Origin: Candidatus Multivorans sp.
GTDB lineage: Bacteria > Acidobacteriota > Thermoanaerobaculia > Multivoradales > Multivoraceae
Length of the DNA stretch: 64,000 nucleotides
Assembly: GCA_965224025.1 (NCBI GenBank)
Contig: OZ245033.1
Coordinates: 32,001 to 96,000, forward strand
Reading direction: 5' to 3'
Shown here in pieces: positions 48,290 through 59,514 of this stretch (position 1 is its first letter; every line of letters begins with the position of its first letter). The notes under the pieces were generated by a model. The model was not told the DNA's origin. It was given only the letters and a program-made list of their open reading frames with translations, and did no database searches. Position numbers and translations under genes: made by a program.

Positions 48290-50545
48290 TCAGCCTGCGG
48301 GGCCGGCGCCGTAGAGGTCGTGGTACTGGGCCACGTTGTGGAACACGCGCTCCAGGTAGTTCCTGGTCTCGCTGAAGCCGACTTTCGTGAAGTACTCGTC
48401 GGCGCCGCTGGTGTAGCAGTGACGGCGCCAGAGGCCGGCCTGCGCTTCACCGGCGTTGTAGGCGGCGATCATCATGTGCTGCTCGTTGCCGAACAGGGCG
48501 CGCAACTCTGCCAGGTGCGCGGCGCCGAGTTCGATCGCAAGCGAGGGATCTTCCAGGTCGCGCGGCGTTCGCAGGGGCCGGCCGGTGCTGGCCGCAAGCC
48601 GTGCCGCGGTGGGGTAGACGAACTGCATCAGGCCCCGCGCCGAGGCCGCCGACACCGCCTGGTGGTCGAAGCGGCTCTCCTGGCGCATGATCGCCGCCAT
48701 CAGGAAGGGATCCAGACCGCGTCGCGCCGCGGCGGATTCGATCATGTCGCCGTAGGCTCTGGGGTAGAGCGCTCGGCGGAGGGTGAGCGGGTGGAGCGGC
48801 GCCGGGACCCGGCTCGGCGCGCGCTCAGCGAGGATCTCGGCGATCAGGAGCGCGCGTCGCGGCCGGCTCTCGGCGAGGCCCTCGGCTGCGGTCAGGGCGA
48901 GACGCGGGCTCGCCACCGGGAAGTGCCGGTTCACGACCTCGACTGCGTCTCCCCACAGGCCGAGCGCCAGCATCAGTTCCTGTGGACGTGTGGCGGACTG
49001 GGTCCACAGCGGCCAGGTGTCGGGCGGCATGCTGCGCAGTGTCAGGAAAGAACGCACGCCCGAGTCGGAGACCAGCCGGCCCTGGAGGAGCTGCCGCGCG
49101 CCTTCGGCCTTGTCGCCGCGCCGACCATGGAGCAGCCAGGCGCGGTAGAGCAGGGAGGGGTTCTGGGAACGCGCCATCTCGCCCGCGAGCCGCTGGGCGT
49201 GAACCCGGAGCGGCTCGGCGGCAAGACGATTCGCGGCTTCCTGCGCCAGGGGGTGGTGCGGGTCGGCCGCGAGCACGTCGGCGTAGTTCTCGATCGCGCG
49301 GTCCAGACCGCCGCGGGCTTCGAGCAGCCGGCCCCGCCAGTAGCGCACTTCGAGGGCCACGCTGCGACTCGCGCGCTCGGCGTCGGCCAACCAGTCGCCG
49401 GCGCGGTCGAGGCGTCCCTGGACGAGGTCCGAAACGGCGAGGAAGAGGCTGCCGCGGGCGACCACGGCGCGGTCGCCCTGGAGCTGAAGCAGCACGGGAT
49501 AGAGCTTGAGCGCTTCGTCCTCGAGCCCGCGCCGCCAGTCGAGGCGCATCGCGCCGAGCAGCGCCGCGGCCGCGAAGTTGCCCTGGGGATGGGCCAGGTA
49601 GGTGCGCCGGAAGGTGTTGGAGGCGGCGCTCCAGTCGCCGGACAGCTCTTCCGACTTCGCCTTGTGGTAGAGCGCCTGGGCCGAGTAGCGCGCCGAGTTC
49701 ACGTTCGTGGCCAGCACTTCGTAGTGCCGGGCCGCGTCCTCGAGGCGGCCCTGCCAGAAGTGGCTGCGCGCCCACCGGTAGTGGATCTCGAAGTCGGAGT
49801 TCGTCCGCACCTCCAGGTCGATGACGATCCGGCCCAGCAGTTGATTGGAGCGGTCGAAAGCGCGATGTTCGTGAAACGTCGTGCCGAGCAGCAGCAGTTC
49901 CTGCGGGTTCTCGAGTTCCGGGCGCAGGCCGTGCAGCCGTTCGGCGGCCTCGAAGGCCACGACGTCGTTCGACCGCTCCTCGAGCAGGGCGACCAGGTCG
50001 AGAGCCCCTTCGTCCAGCTCGCCGGCCGCGAGCCGGCACTTGGCGCGGCTCAGGCTCAGGAGGCGGCGTTCGGTTGCGGGCAGGCGGGAAACGGTGATTC
50101 CGGCCAGCAGCCGGCAGTCTCCGCCCAGATCGAGACTCGACGCGAGCAGTTCAGCTGCCGGACGCACCAGGACCCGCGGCGGCCGGTTGCCGAGTAGCGT
50201 CGCCGTGACGCCGGCCGCGATCTCCGGGGCGCCGAGCCGGGTCTGGGCGACCGCCAGGCGGTGGCGTGCCCAGGGTTCGAGCGCCGGAGTCTCGGACAGG
50301 CAGGTGGCGAAGGCCTCGGAGGCGTCTTCGAGCCGTCCGAGTTCTTCCAGCAGCCTTCCCTGCAGGTAGCACATGCCGTACCCGGCCGCGAGGTCCGGTT
50401 GCTCGCTGCGAATCCGTTGCGTCTCTTCGAGGGCGGCCTCGTGCTGCCCGTCGGACTGGAGCTCGACCAGGCGGATACGCGGATCGTCGTCGGCCGCCAG
50501 CACCAGCAGCGGCAGCGTCCAGGCGATCATGGCTAACGAGGCCAT
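48290..50545 (-). CDS. Soluble lytic transglycosylase with TPR repeats
   Basis: IMRQESRF, ARGLMQ, AAYNAG, ETRNY; helical N-terminal region. Confidence 0.9.
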   Translation of the reverse strand: MASLAMIAWTLPLLVLAADDDPRIRLVELQSDGQHEAALEETQRIRSEQPDLAAGYGMCYLQGRLLEELGRLEDASEAFATCLSETPALEPWARHRLAVAQTRLGAPEIAAGVTATLLGNRPPRVLVRPAAELLASSLDLGGDCRLLAGITVSRLPATERRLLSLSRAKCRLAAGELDEGALDLVALLEERSNDVVAFEAAERLHGLRPELENPQELLLLGTTFHEHRAFDRSNQLLGRIVIDLEVRTNSDFEIHYRWARSHFWQGRLEDAARHYEVLATNVNSARYSAQALYHKAKSEELSGDWSAASNTFRRTYLAHPQGNFAAAALLGAMRLDWRRGLEDEALKLYPVLLQLQGDRAVVARGSLFLAVSDLVQGRLDRAGDWLADAERASRSVALEVRYWRGRLLEARGGLDRAIENYADVLAADPHHPLAQEAANRLAAEPLRVHAQRLAGEMARSQNPSLLYRAWLLHGRRGDKAEGARQLLQGRLVSDSGVRSFLTLRSMPPDTWPLWTQSATRPQELMLALGLWGDAVEVVNRHFPVASPRLALTAAEGLAESRPRRALLIAEILAERAPSRVPAPLHPLTLRRALYPRAYGDMIESAAARRGLDPFLMAAIMRQESRFDHQAVSAASARGLMQFVYPTAARLAASTGRPLRTPRDLEDPSLAIELGAAHLAELRALFGNEQHMMIAAYNAGEAQAGLWRRHCYTSGADEYFTKVGFSETRNYLERVFHNVAQYHDLYGAGPAG

Positions 50546-50632
50546 ACGAAACGATAACCGGAAAGCAGGATCCGGCATTCCGGCGGCCGCCGCCCGTGGC
50601 AGGATACGGAACCAACTGGAGGATCTCGGGCC

Positions 50633-51718
50633 ATGCTCGACAAGCTCGAACAGATAGAGCAGACCTTCGACGAGCTGACGGCCAAGCTCGCCGATCCGGA
50701 CGTGCTCGCCAACCCCGGAATCTTTCGCGACACGAGCCGGGCGCTGGCGGAGCTGAACCCGGTCGTCGAGCTCTTCCACCGGTACAAGAGGACCCGGGAG
50801 GAACTCGATCAGACCGCGGAGCTCCTCGGCGAACTGGACCGCGACGACGATCTGTTCCCCATGGCGACCGAGGAGCAGCGACTGCTGCGGGCGACGCTCG
50901 ACGCGCTCGCGGAGAAGGTGAAGCAGGAGCTGGCGCCCAAGGACCCGGACGAGAAGCGCAACGCGGTGCTCGAGATCCGCGCCGGGACCGGCGGCGACGA
51001 GGCGACCTTGTTCGCCGCGGAGCTCTTCCGCATGTACAGCCGCTTCGCCGATGCGCACGGCTGGAAGGTCGACATCCTCGACCTGTCCGAGTCCGGCATT
51101 CGCGGCGTCAAGGAGGTGTCGGCGATCGTCGAGGGCCGGGGCGCCTTCGCCACCCTGCGTTACGAGGCGGGCGTCCACCGCGTCCAGCGCGTGCCGGAGA
51201 CGGAGGCCTCCGGGCGCATCCACACCTCGGCGGTTACGGTCGCCGTGTTGCCCGAGGCGGAGGACATCGAGATCGAGATCGAACCCTCGGACCTGCGGGT
51301 GGACACCTACTGCGCGTCCGGCCCCGGCGGCCAGGGCGTCAACACGACCTACTCGGCGGTGCGCCTGACGCACCAGCCTACCGGCGTGGTCGTCACCTGC
51401 CAGGACGAACGGAGCCAGATCAAGAACAAGGCGAAGGCGATGCGGGTGCTCAAGAGCCGCCTGCTCGAGATCGAACAGGCGCGGGCCGAATCCGAGATCG
51501 GCGCGGAGCGCCGCCGGATGGTCGGCAGCGGCGACCGCTCCGAGAAGATCCGGACCTACAACTTCCCGCAGAACCGGGTCACCGACCACCGCGCCAGGCT
51601 GTCGATCCACAAGTTGCCTTCCATCCTCGAAGGGAATCTCGACCCGCTGATCGTCCCGCTGCACCGGCACTTCGAAGCGGAGCGGCTGCGGCAGTCGGGC
51701 GACAGCGGGGCGATCTGA
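50633..51718 (+). CDS. prfA: Peptide chain release factor 1
   Basis: GGQ, PET recognition motif, IRTYNF. Confidence 0.98.
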   Translation: MLDKLEQIEQTFDELTAKLADPDVLANPGIFRDTSRALAELNPVVELFHRYKRTREELDQTAELLGELDRDDDLFPMATEEQRLLRATLDALAEKVKQELAPKDPDEKRNAVLEIRAGTGGDEATLFAAELFRMYSRFADAHGWKVDILDLSESGIRGVKEVSAIVEGRGAFATLRYEAGVHRVQRVPETEASGRIHTSAVTVAVLPEAEDIEIEIEPSDLRVDTYCASGPGGQGVNTTYSAVRLTHQPTGVVVTCQDERSQIKNKAKAMRVLKSRLLEIEQARAESEIGAERRRMVGSGDRSEKIRTYNFPQNRVTDHRARLSIHKLPSILEGNLDPLIVPLHRHFEAERLRQSGDSGAI

Positions 51719-51733
51719 CGGGGCTGCCTCCCG

Positions 51734-52600
51734 GTGCCGGAGGGCCGCAGGCCTCAGCAGGGGGCCGCTCGAATCATCGATCTGCTTGACCTGGGCTCAA
51801 GTCACCTGAGCGGTTCGGTGGACATGCCGCGCCGGGAGGCGGCGCGGCTGCTGGGCGAGGTCCTGGGGCTCGCGGAGGCGCAGGTGTACGCGCGCTCTGA
51901 CGAGGATGTGTCCGAGCGCGCCGGGGTGAGCTACGGGCAGTTGATCCGGCGCCGGGCGGATCGGGTGCCGATGGCCTACCTGGTGGGCCGGCGCGAGTTC
52001 TACGGTCGCAGCTTCGAAGTCGATCCGCGGGCGCTCATTCCGCGGCCGGAGACGGAACATCTGGTGGAGGCGGCGCTGGAGTGCATCGGCGCCGGCGCCG
52101 GCGCCAGAGTGCTCGACCTGGGGACGGGGTGCGGCTGCATCGCGATCACGATGGCGCTGGAGCGCCCGGAGGCGTCGGTGGTCGCGACGGATCTTTCGCT
52201 CGGTGCGCTGGCAGTGGCGGCGTCGAACTGCCGCCGGCACGATGTAGACGGTCGGGTGCTTCTCGTCCGCGCGGACCTGCTGTCGTCTCTTCGGCTGCAG
52301 GCGTTCGACGTGGTCGTTTCGAACCCGCCCTACATCGACACAGGCGAATGGCACTCGCTCATGCCGGAGGTGCGTGACCACGAGCCGCCGGAAGCGCTGT
52401 TCGCCGGTGACGGGCTCGATTTCTACCGCCGGTTGTTGGGTGCGGGCGAGTCGTTCGCGGCGGGTCAGCGGTTGCTGGTCGAGATCGGGAAGGGGCAGCT
52501 CGACGGGGTGCGGGAACTGGCGGAGCGCGGCGGGTTCGAGGTGGAGGCTGTTGTTCTTGACCTGGCGGCGCTTGCGCGGGTTGTGCGGTTGCGGCGGTGA
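51734..52600 (+). CDS. prmC: Release factor glutamine methyltransferase
   Basis: LIPRPETE, DLGTG, SNPPY; follows prfA; start uncertain. Confidence 0.93.
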   Translation: MPEGRRPQQGAARIIDLLDLGSSHLSGSVDMPRREAARLLGEVLGLAEAQVYARSDEDVSERAGVSYGQLIRRRADRVPMAYLVGRREFYGRSFEVDPRALIPRPETEHLVEAALECIGAGAGARVLDLGTGCGCIAITMALERPEASVVATDLSLGALAVAASNCRRHDVDGRVLLVRADLLSSLRLQAFDVVVSNPPYIDTGEWHSLMPEVRDHEPPEALFAGDGLDFYRRLLGAGESFAAGQRLLVEIGKGQLDGVRELAERGGFEVEAVVLDLAALARVVRLRR

Positions 52601-52601
52601 T

Positions 52602-53285
52602 CTACTTGCGTCCCACCACGACCGCAATCCCCGCCTCCCGCCATACGCACTCGGCCTCGAAGCCCGCCGCGGCCATGGCCGCCAACTCGTCCTCGAGCGG
52701 GAAGTACGTGTCCTCCTCCGACCACTCCTCGAAGTGCTCGAAGGCGCGCCGCTCGTCGATGCCGTGACTCACCAGGTGGTCGGCCCACGCGCGCCATGCC
52801 GCCTCCGCCGCGGCGGGTTCCGCCGGCATGGTGGCGTCGGCGTTGACGAACACGCCGCCCGGCCCGAGTGCCTCGTGGATGCGCCGGTAGAGGCGCCGCT
52901 TCTCCTCCAGAGTGGGCACATGGTGCAACGCCAGCGACGCCGCCACACCGTCGCAGCCCGGCAGGTCTCCCAGGAACGAGCCCTCCGCGAAGCGCGCGCG
53001 GCCGCCGAACCGCGCGAGCCGGGTCCTGGCCTGCTCGAGCATCTCCGTATCGACGTCGATGAGTTCGACCGTCCCGGCGTCGGTCGACCCCAGGATCGCA
53101 TCGGAGAGGGCGCCGGCGCCGGCGCCGAGGTCGAGCACCAGGCCGGGTGCGACCGGCGCGAGTTCCCGCGCCGCGATGCGGAGCATCTCCTCGTAGCCGG
53201 GAATGAACCGCCGGATCGTGGCGTCGTAGGCGTCTATCGCGACCCGCAGATGGCGGCGAACGGAGTGAGGCTCGGCGCCGGTCAT
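52602..53285 (-). CDS. Class I SAM-dependent methyltransferase
   Basis: IPGYEEM, VLDLGAGAG, SLALHH, LGPGGVFVNAD. Confidence 0.9.
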   Translation of the reverse strand: MTGAEPHSVRRHLRVAIDAYDATIRRFIPGYEEMLRIAARELAPVAPGLVLDLGAGAGALSDAILGSTDAGTVELIDVDTEMLEQARTRLARFGGRARFAEGSFLGDLPGCDGVAASLALHHVPTLEEKRRLYRRIHEALGPGGVFVNADATMPAEPAAAEAAWRAWADHLVSHGIDERRAFEHFEEWSEEDTYFPLEDELAAMAAAGFEAECVWREAGIAVVVGRK

Positions 53286-53289
53286 GGTG

Positions 53290-55260
53290 CTAGGCCGAAG
53301 TTCTGAGGCTCCTGGGGCCTCCTCGTCGTCGAGAGGCGTTGCAGTGCTTGGGTTTTCGGGTGTTGGGCCGCCCCTGTTTTCTGCCATTGGTAGCCATGTA
53401 ATGATCTCGTGGCATGTAGATATTCTGAATGGTTTCGTCTACAATGAGAAGCCATGTACATCGAACGGGTACCCAACCGAAACTCACCACCAGCCGTCCT
53501 GCTGAGAGAGTCCTACCGACAGGACGGAAAGGTCAAGAAACGCACTCTCGCCAACCTCTCCAAGTGGCCCGACCAACTCGTCGAAGGACTCAGAACCCTG
53601 CTCAAGGGAGGAGTCGCCCTGCCTTCGCTCGAGGCAGCCTTCGAGATCCTGCGCGCCAGACCGCACGGCCACGTCGCCGCCGTCCTCGGCGCGGCCCGAA
53701 GCCTCGGCCTCGAACGGCTCCTCGATCGACGGCCCTCGCGGGCGCTGGCGCTGGCCATGATCGCGGCCCGCATCCTCGAGCCGCGATCCAAGCTCGCCAC
53801 CGCCCGCGGACTCGCAAGCGAGACCATGAGCCACACCCTCGGCGAGGAACTCGGCGTGCAGGAGGCCTCGGCCGACGAACTCTACGGCGCCATGGACTGG
53901 CTGCTCGAAAGACAGCCGCGCATCGAGCGGACTCTTGCCCGGCGGCATCTGGAAGACGGCTCGCTGGTGCTCTGCGACGTGACCTCGGTCTACTTTGAGG
54001 GCAGGAAGTGCACGCTGGCCAGGCACGGCTACTCCAGGGACAAGAAGAGAGGCAAGGTCCAGATCGTCTTCGGCCTGCTCTGCAGCCGGGACGGATGCCC
54101 GGTCGCGGTCGAGGTATTCGAGGGCAACACGGCCGATCCGACGACCCTGAACGCCCAGGTGCAGAAGCTCCGCGACCGCTTCTCGCTGGAGAGGATCGTG
54201 ATGGTCTCAGACCGGGGCCTGATCACCGACGCGCGCATCCGCGAGGACCTCGACCCCGCGGGCCTGTCCTGGATCAGCGCCCTGCGCGCGCCGGCGATCA
54301 GGACGCTGGCCCAGGAAGGCCACCTGCAACTGTCGCTCTTCGACCAGCGGAAGATGGCCGAGATCAGGGTCCCGGAGCTGTACCCGAAGGAGCGCCTCGT
54401 GGTGTGCCGGAACCCGCTTCTGGCGGAGGAACGCGGCCGCAAGCGCCAGGAGCTTCTCGAAGCCACCGAGCGCAAGCTCGACGCCGTCGTTGCGGCGACG
54501 CGGCGCAAGAAGAACCCCCTGCGCGGCAAGGACGCCATCGCCGTGCGCGCGGACCGCGCCCGGGGCGCCTACAAGGTCGGCAAGCACTTCGAGGTCGAGA
54601 TCGAAGAGGACGGCTTCCAATACCGCCGCAACGAGGCGCGCATCGCCGAGGAAGCCGCTCTCGACGGCTTCTACGTCATCCGCACCAACGTCCCCGAAAA
54701 CGAACTGCCGGCAGCCGATGCGGTCCGCGCCTACAAGAGCCTCAGCCGCGTCGAACGCGCCTTCCGCTCCTTCAAGAGCGTCGACCTCAAGGTGCGCCCC
54801 GTCCACCATCGCCTGGCCTCGAGGGTGCGCGCCCACGTCTTCCTCTGCATGCTCGCTTACTACGTCGAGTGGCACATGCGCCGGACCCTGGCGCCCATCC
54901 TCTTCGACGACCAACGCCGCGACGACCAACGCGAGTCGCCAGTCGATCCCGCGCGCAGGTCGCCCGAGGCGATGGCCAAGGCCAACTCCCGGAGCACCCC
55001 CGACGGACTCCCCGTCCACAGCTTCCAGACCTTGCTCGCCGACCTGGCCACGCTGACCCGAAACCGGGTGCGGATGCACGGCGACGCCGACTCCACAGCC
55101 GACGTCCTCGCACGGCCCACTCCACTCCAGAACGAAGCCTTCAAACTACTCGGCATCCGCCCCTGAAGCCGACGTACCCAGTACAAGACACCGCCGAACA
55201 ACTGAAAACGCCCACCACTACAGGCGATTTCACGACTTGAAGCTCAGAACTTCGGGCTAG
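53290..55260 (+). mobile_element. IS1634-family insertion sequence
   Basis: Left end CTAGGCCGAAGTTCTGAG and right end reverse complement CTAGCCCGAAGTTCTGAG (17/18 match); CTAG at both ends. Confidence 0.9.
53454..55166 (+). CDS. IS1634 family DDE transposase
   Basis: MYIERVPNRNSPPAVLLRES, DVTSVYFEG, GYSRD, GNTAD, SDRG, VERAFR, RVRAHV. Confidence 0.93.
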   Translation: MYIERVPNRNSPPAVLLRESYRQDGKVKKRTLANLSKWPDQLVEGLRTLLKGGVALPSLEAAFEILRARPHGHVAAVLGAARSLGLERLLDRRPSRALALAMIAARILEPRSKLATARGLASETMSHTLGEELGVQEASADELYGAMDWLLERQPRIERTLARRHLEDGSLVLCDVTSVYFEGRKCTLARHGYSRDKKRGKVQIVFGLLCSRDGCPVAVEVFEGNTADPTTLNAQVQKLRDRFSLERIVMVSDRGLITDARIREDLDPAGLSWISALRAPAIRTLAQEGHLQLSLFDQRKMAEIRVPELYPKERLVVCRNPLLAEERGRKRQELLEATERKLDAVVAATRRKKNPLRGKDAIAVRADRARGAYKVGKHFEVEIEEDGFQYRRNEARIAEEAALDGFYVIRTNVPENELPAADAVRAYKSLSRVERAFRSFKSVDLKVRPVHHRLASRVRAHVFLCMLAYYVEWHMRRTLAPILFDDQRRDDQRESPVDPARRSPEAMAKANSRSTPDGLPVHSFQTLLADLATLTRNRVRMHGDADSTADVLARPTPLQNEAFKLLGIRP

Positions 55261-55321
55261 AGTGTACGGATCCCATACACGGGAGTATTCGGACAGGAGA
55301 GGAACAGGAAGCTCACGCTCC

Positions 55322-58000
55322 ATGTCTAGGATTCCAGTCACTGTGCTCCCTGGAGGCAGTGTCAAGCGGACGAAGTTGTTCGTCGTTGCGCTGGTGCTGC
55401 TCGCGGCGCCGGCCGCATCTTTGACCTACGCTCCGGTGACGGACGCCGAACTGGTGGACGGCGCCGCGGCGATCGTCTTCGGCGAGGTGGTTTCGGTGCG
55501 TGAGACTCCGCGCTACCGTTACCTGACGGTCGCCGTCGATGGCGTGCTCAAGGGCGGCGCGGGAGCCACGGTGACGGTCGAGCAGGTCGGCGGTACGGAG
55601 TGGATCGTGCCCGGAGCGCCGCAGGCCGTGCTTGGCGACCGCGGCATCTGGTTCCTCGACGCCGACGGCCGCGCCGACCCCGCGCTCGGATGGATGCAGC
55701 GGGTAGGTGCGCGCTACGTCTCGACCGACGGGGAGGCCCGTGAGGCGGGGCGATTCCGGGCGTGGGTCGAGGACCGCCGCGCCGGGCGCCGGCGACCGGC
55801 GGACTACGAAGCCGTCGGTCCGGTCGCGGTCGTGCAGCCATACAAGTTGTACGACCGCCGATGCGGTGGCGGGCGGGTCTTGCGGTGGCGGACGTTCCCC
55901 ACATGGTCGGCCAACAGCATGGAACTGTCCGGCACGGACGGTTCGGTCGGCTGGTCCGATCTTGTGGCGTCGGCGGCGCGTTGGGAGGCGGCCTCGGCGG
56001 CGTCGCTGCCGTTGTCGCGCACGGAGGAGCGAGTGACGGGCGTCCTGAGAGTCTCTCTCAACGCCGCCGGCCTTGGCCTCGGCTACACCGATCCGCCGAC
56101 GGTGACGTTCTCGGAGCCTCCCGAGGGTGGGCGGAGAGCGGCGGGCACCGCGGTCCTGGGCCAGCGGCGGATGGTCGGACAGGGGAGTACCGACCTTGAA
56201 TTGGGCACCGTGAGCCGCGTCGACGTTTCCGACTCCGGCGACTACGGCCTTCTCGGCAACCCTCGGGTGACGTTCAGCGCGCCCGTCGACAAGGGCTCGC
56301 TCTCCCGGCTCAAGTGGAGCCACGGCAGCGGCTACGTGGAAGCCCCTGCGGTCACGGTCTCGGACGCGCCGGCCGGCGGCACGACGGCGCGCCTGCAAGC
56401 GCTGATCCTCAACGGCGAGGTGGTTGAGATCGTGCCGAACGACCGCGGCGCCGGCTACACGTCCGCTCCCACGGTCTCGATCGCGGCGCCGCCGGCGGGT
56501 GGAACGCAGGCGGAAGTCCTCGCGGTGGAAACGGCCCTTCGCACCGCTGCCGCCCCGGTGGACGGGGAACCAGACTTCGATGCGCTGCCGACTCCGACGC
56601 ACATCAGCGATACGGGGATCGGCGTTCGTCCCCTTAGGTTCGGGATCACTCTCGGCCGAGCCTGGCTGTTCTGCGGCACCTCCTATGACGCCGCGAACCT
56701 GGGGCCGGCAACGGAACCGTCCCGCGCCTATGTCACCGTGGTCCGCAACTTCCTTGACAACTACCCGCCTGACGACTGGCGGCAGGTGATGACCCATGAG
56801 TTGGGTCACGCGCTGGGCCTGCACCATTCGTCGGATCGGGAAGCGATCATGTGGTCGGCCAATATCAGTGGTCGCGGCTACCACCTGAACGACGACGACA
56901 TCGCCGGGATCCGGGCGCTCTACGGCGTCGAGAGCCCGGATCCGCCACCACCTCCGCCTCCTCCACCTCCGCCGCCACCTCCTCCGCCTCCTCCACCTCC
57001 TCCGCCTCCTCCGCCTCCTCCGCCTCCGCCTCCGCCACCTCCACCTCCACCTCCACCTCCGCCGCCACCGGAGCCGGAGCCCGAGCCGCCGCCACTGGTG
57101 GCGAGTCTGGCCGTGCCTTCGTCCCTGGAGACGGGATTGGCGGTGATGTTCGACGGCAGCGGTTCCGTGGGCGCCGAGAGCTACAGTTGGGACTTCGGCG
57201 ACGGCACGGCGATCGCTCATCCGAGCACGGAGTCCATGCCGTCGCACACCTACGTTGAGCCGGGTTCGTACGAGGTCCGTTTGGAAGTGGGGGCCGCGGG
57301 CGACTGCGGCGAGGAGTTGTGCCGGCACGATTCGGTGACGGCATCGGTCGAAGTGGGAGCGGGCGCCCTGCCGGCGGCGCGGTTCGACCTGGATGCCGAA
57401 TGCCGCGACGATTTGTGCAGCGTGCGGACCGGCGTCGAAGTCGCGCTACGCGACATGAGCAGCGGCACGGTGGCCACGACAAGCTGGGACTTCGGCGACG
57501 GGACCGTGTCGAGCGAGCGGGACCCGACGCACTCCTGGTCGTCGCCGGGCTTCTACAGGGTGGCGCTCGGCGCTTCCGGTCTGGGCGCCACGTCCACTGT
57601 GAGCCGGGACATCCTGGTCCTGGCCAGCGACCCGGCCGGTACGTGCGAGCCGGACCGCGGGACGCTGTGTTTGCGGGATTCACGGTACATGATCCGTGTG
57701 ACGTGGTGGACCGATGACGGAAGAAGCGGCGCGGGGAGCGTGGCGTACGCGGGAACGAACGACTCCGGCCTGTTCTGGTTCTTCGACAGGCAAAACTGGG
57801 AGGTGCTGGTCAAGGTGCTGGACGGCTGCGCGCTGAACGGCCGCATGTGGGTGTTCGGCGCGTCGACTACGGACCTGGGCTACTTGATCCACGTCACCGA
57901 TACCGTGACGGGCACGTTCAAGGAGTACCGCAACGAGCCGGGCCGGCCGGCGGCGGCGATCACGGATCCGACCGCGTTCCCCGGCGGCTGCGGGCGCTGA
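55322..58000 (+). CDS. Secreted matrixin-like metalloprotease with GxGY repeats, poly-Pro linker, two PKD domains and C-terminal WFF-KVLDGC domain
   Basis: HELGHALGLHH, AIM Met-turn, WDFGDG twice, SGLFWFFDRQNWEVLVKVLDGC; start uncertain. Confidence 0.85.
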   Translation: MSRIPVTVLPGGSVKRTKLFVVALVLLAAPAASLTYAPVTDAELVDGAAAIVFGEVVSVRETPRYRYLTVAVDGVLKGGAGATVTVEQVGGTEWIVPGAPQAVLGDRGIWFLDADGRADPALGWMQRVGARYVSTDGEAREAGRFRAWVEDRRAGRRRPADYEAVGPVAVVQPYKLYDRRCGGGRVLRWRTFPTWSANSMELSGTDGSVGWSDLVASAARWEAASAASLPLSRTEERVTGVLRVSLNAAGLGLGYTDPPTVTFSEPPEGGRRAAGTAVLGQRRMVGQGSTDLELGTVSRVDVSDSGDYGLLGNPRVTFSAPVDKGSLSRLKWSHGSGYVEAPAVTVSDAPAGGTTARLQALILNGEVVEIVPNDRGAGYTSAPTVSIAAPPAGGTQAEVLAVETALRTAAAPVDGEPDFDALPTPTHISDTGIGVRPLRFGITLGRAWLFCGTSYDAANLGPATEPSRAYVTVVRNFLDNYPPDDWRQVMTHELGHALGLHHSSDREAIMWSANISGRGYHLNDDDIAGIRALYGVESPDPPPPPPPPPPPPPPPPPPPPPPPPPPPPPPPPPPPPPPPPPPPEPEPEPPPLVASLAVPSSLETGLAVMFDGSGSVGAESYSWDFGDGTAIAHPSTESMPSHTYVEPGSYEVRLEVGAAGDCGEELCRHDSVTASVEVGAGALPAARFDLDAECRDDLCSVRTGVEVALRDMSSGTVATTSWDFGDGTVSSERDPTHSWSSPGFYRVALGASGLGATSTVSRDILVLASDPAGTCEPDRGTLCLRDSRYMIRVTWWTDDGRSGAGSVAYAGTNDSGLFWFFDRQNWEVLVKVLDGCALNGRMWVFGASTTDLGYLIHVTDTVTGTFKEYRNEPGRPAAAITDPTAFPGGCGR
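56942..57070 (+). repeat. 43-codon polyproline tract
   Basis: Uninterrupted CCG/CCA/CCT codons. Confidence 0.95.
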
Positions 58001-58111
58001 TCGTCGACGCTTGGGGGCTTCACCCCTACGTCTCCATGAGGTAGTGCGGGCGTCGTTCGTCTAGTCTAGAGTCGTTCGTGTCTGGAGCCCGCTGCCGGGA
58101 GGAGGAACGCC

Positions 58112-59506
<1,395 letters not shown>

Positions 59507-59514
59507 GAGATGAC

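Noticed and set aside
50546-51670. Long N-terminal extension of the Slt ORF
   Set aside because: Antisense to prfA; a signal-like sequence starts near 50545.
56030-56540. Prophage remnant
   Set aside because: The phage-like repeats are an in-frame part of a host-type protease; no other phage genes are present.
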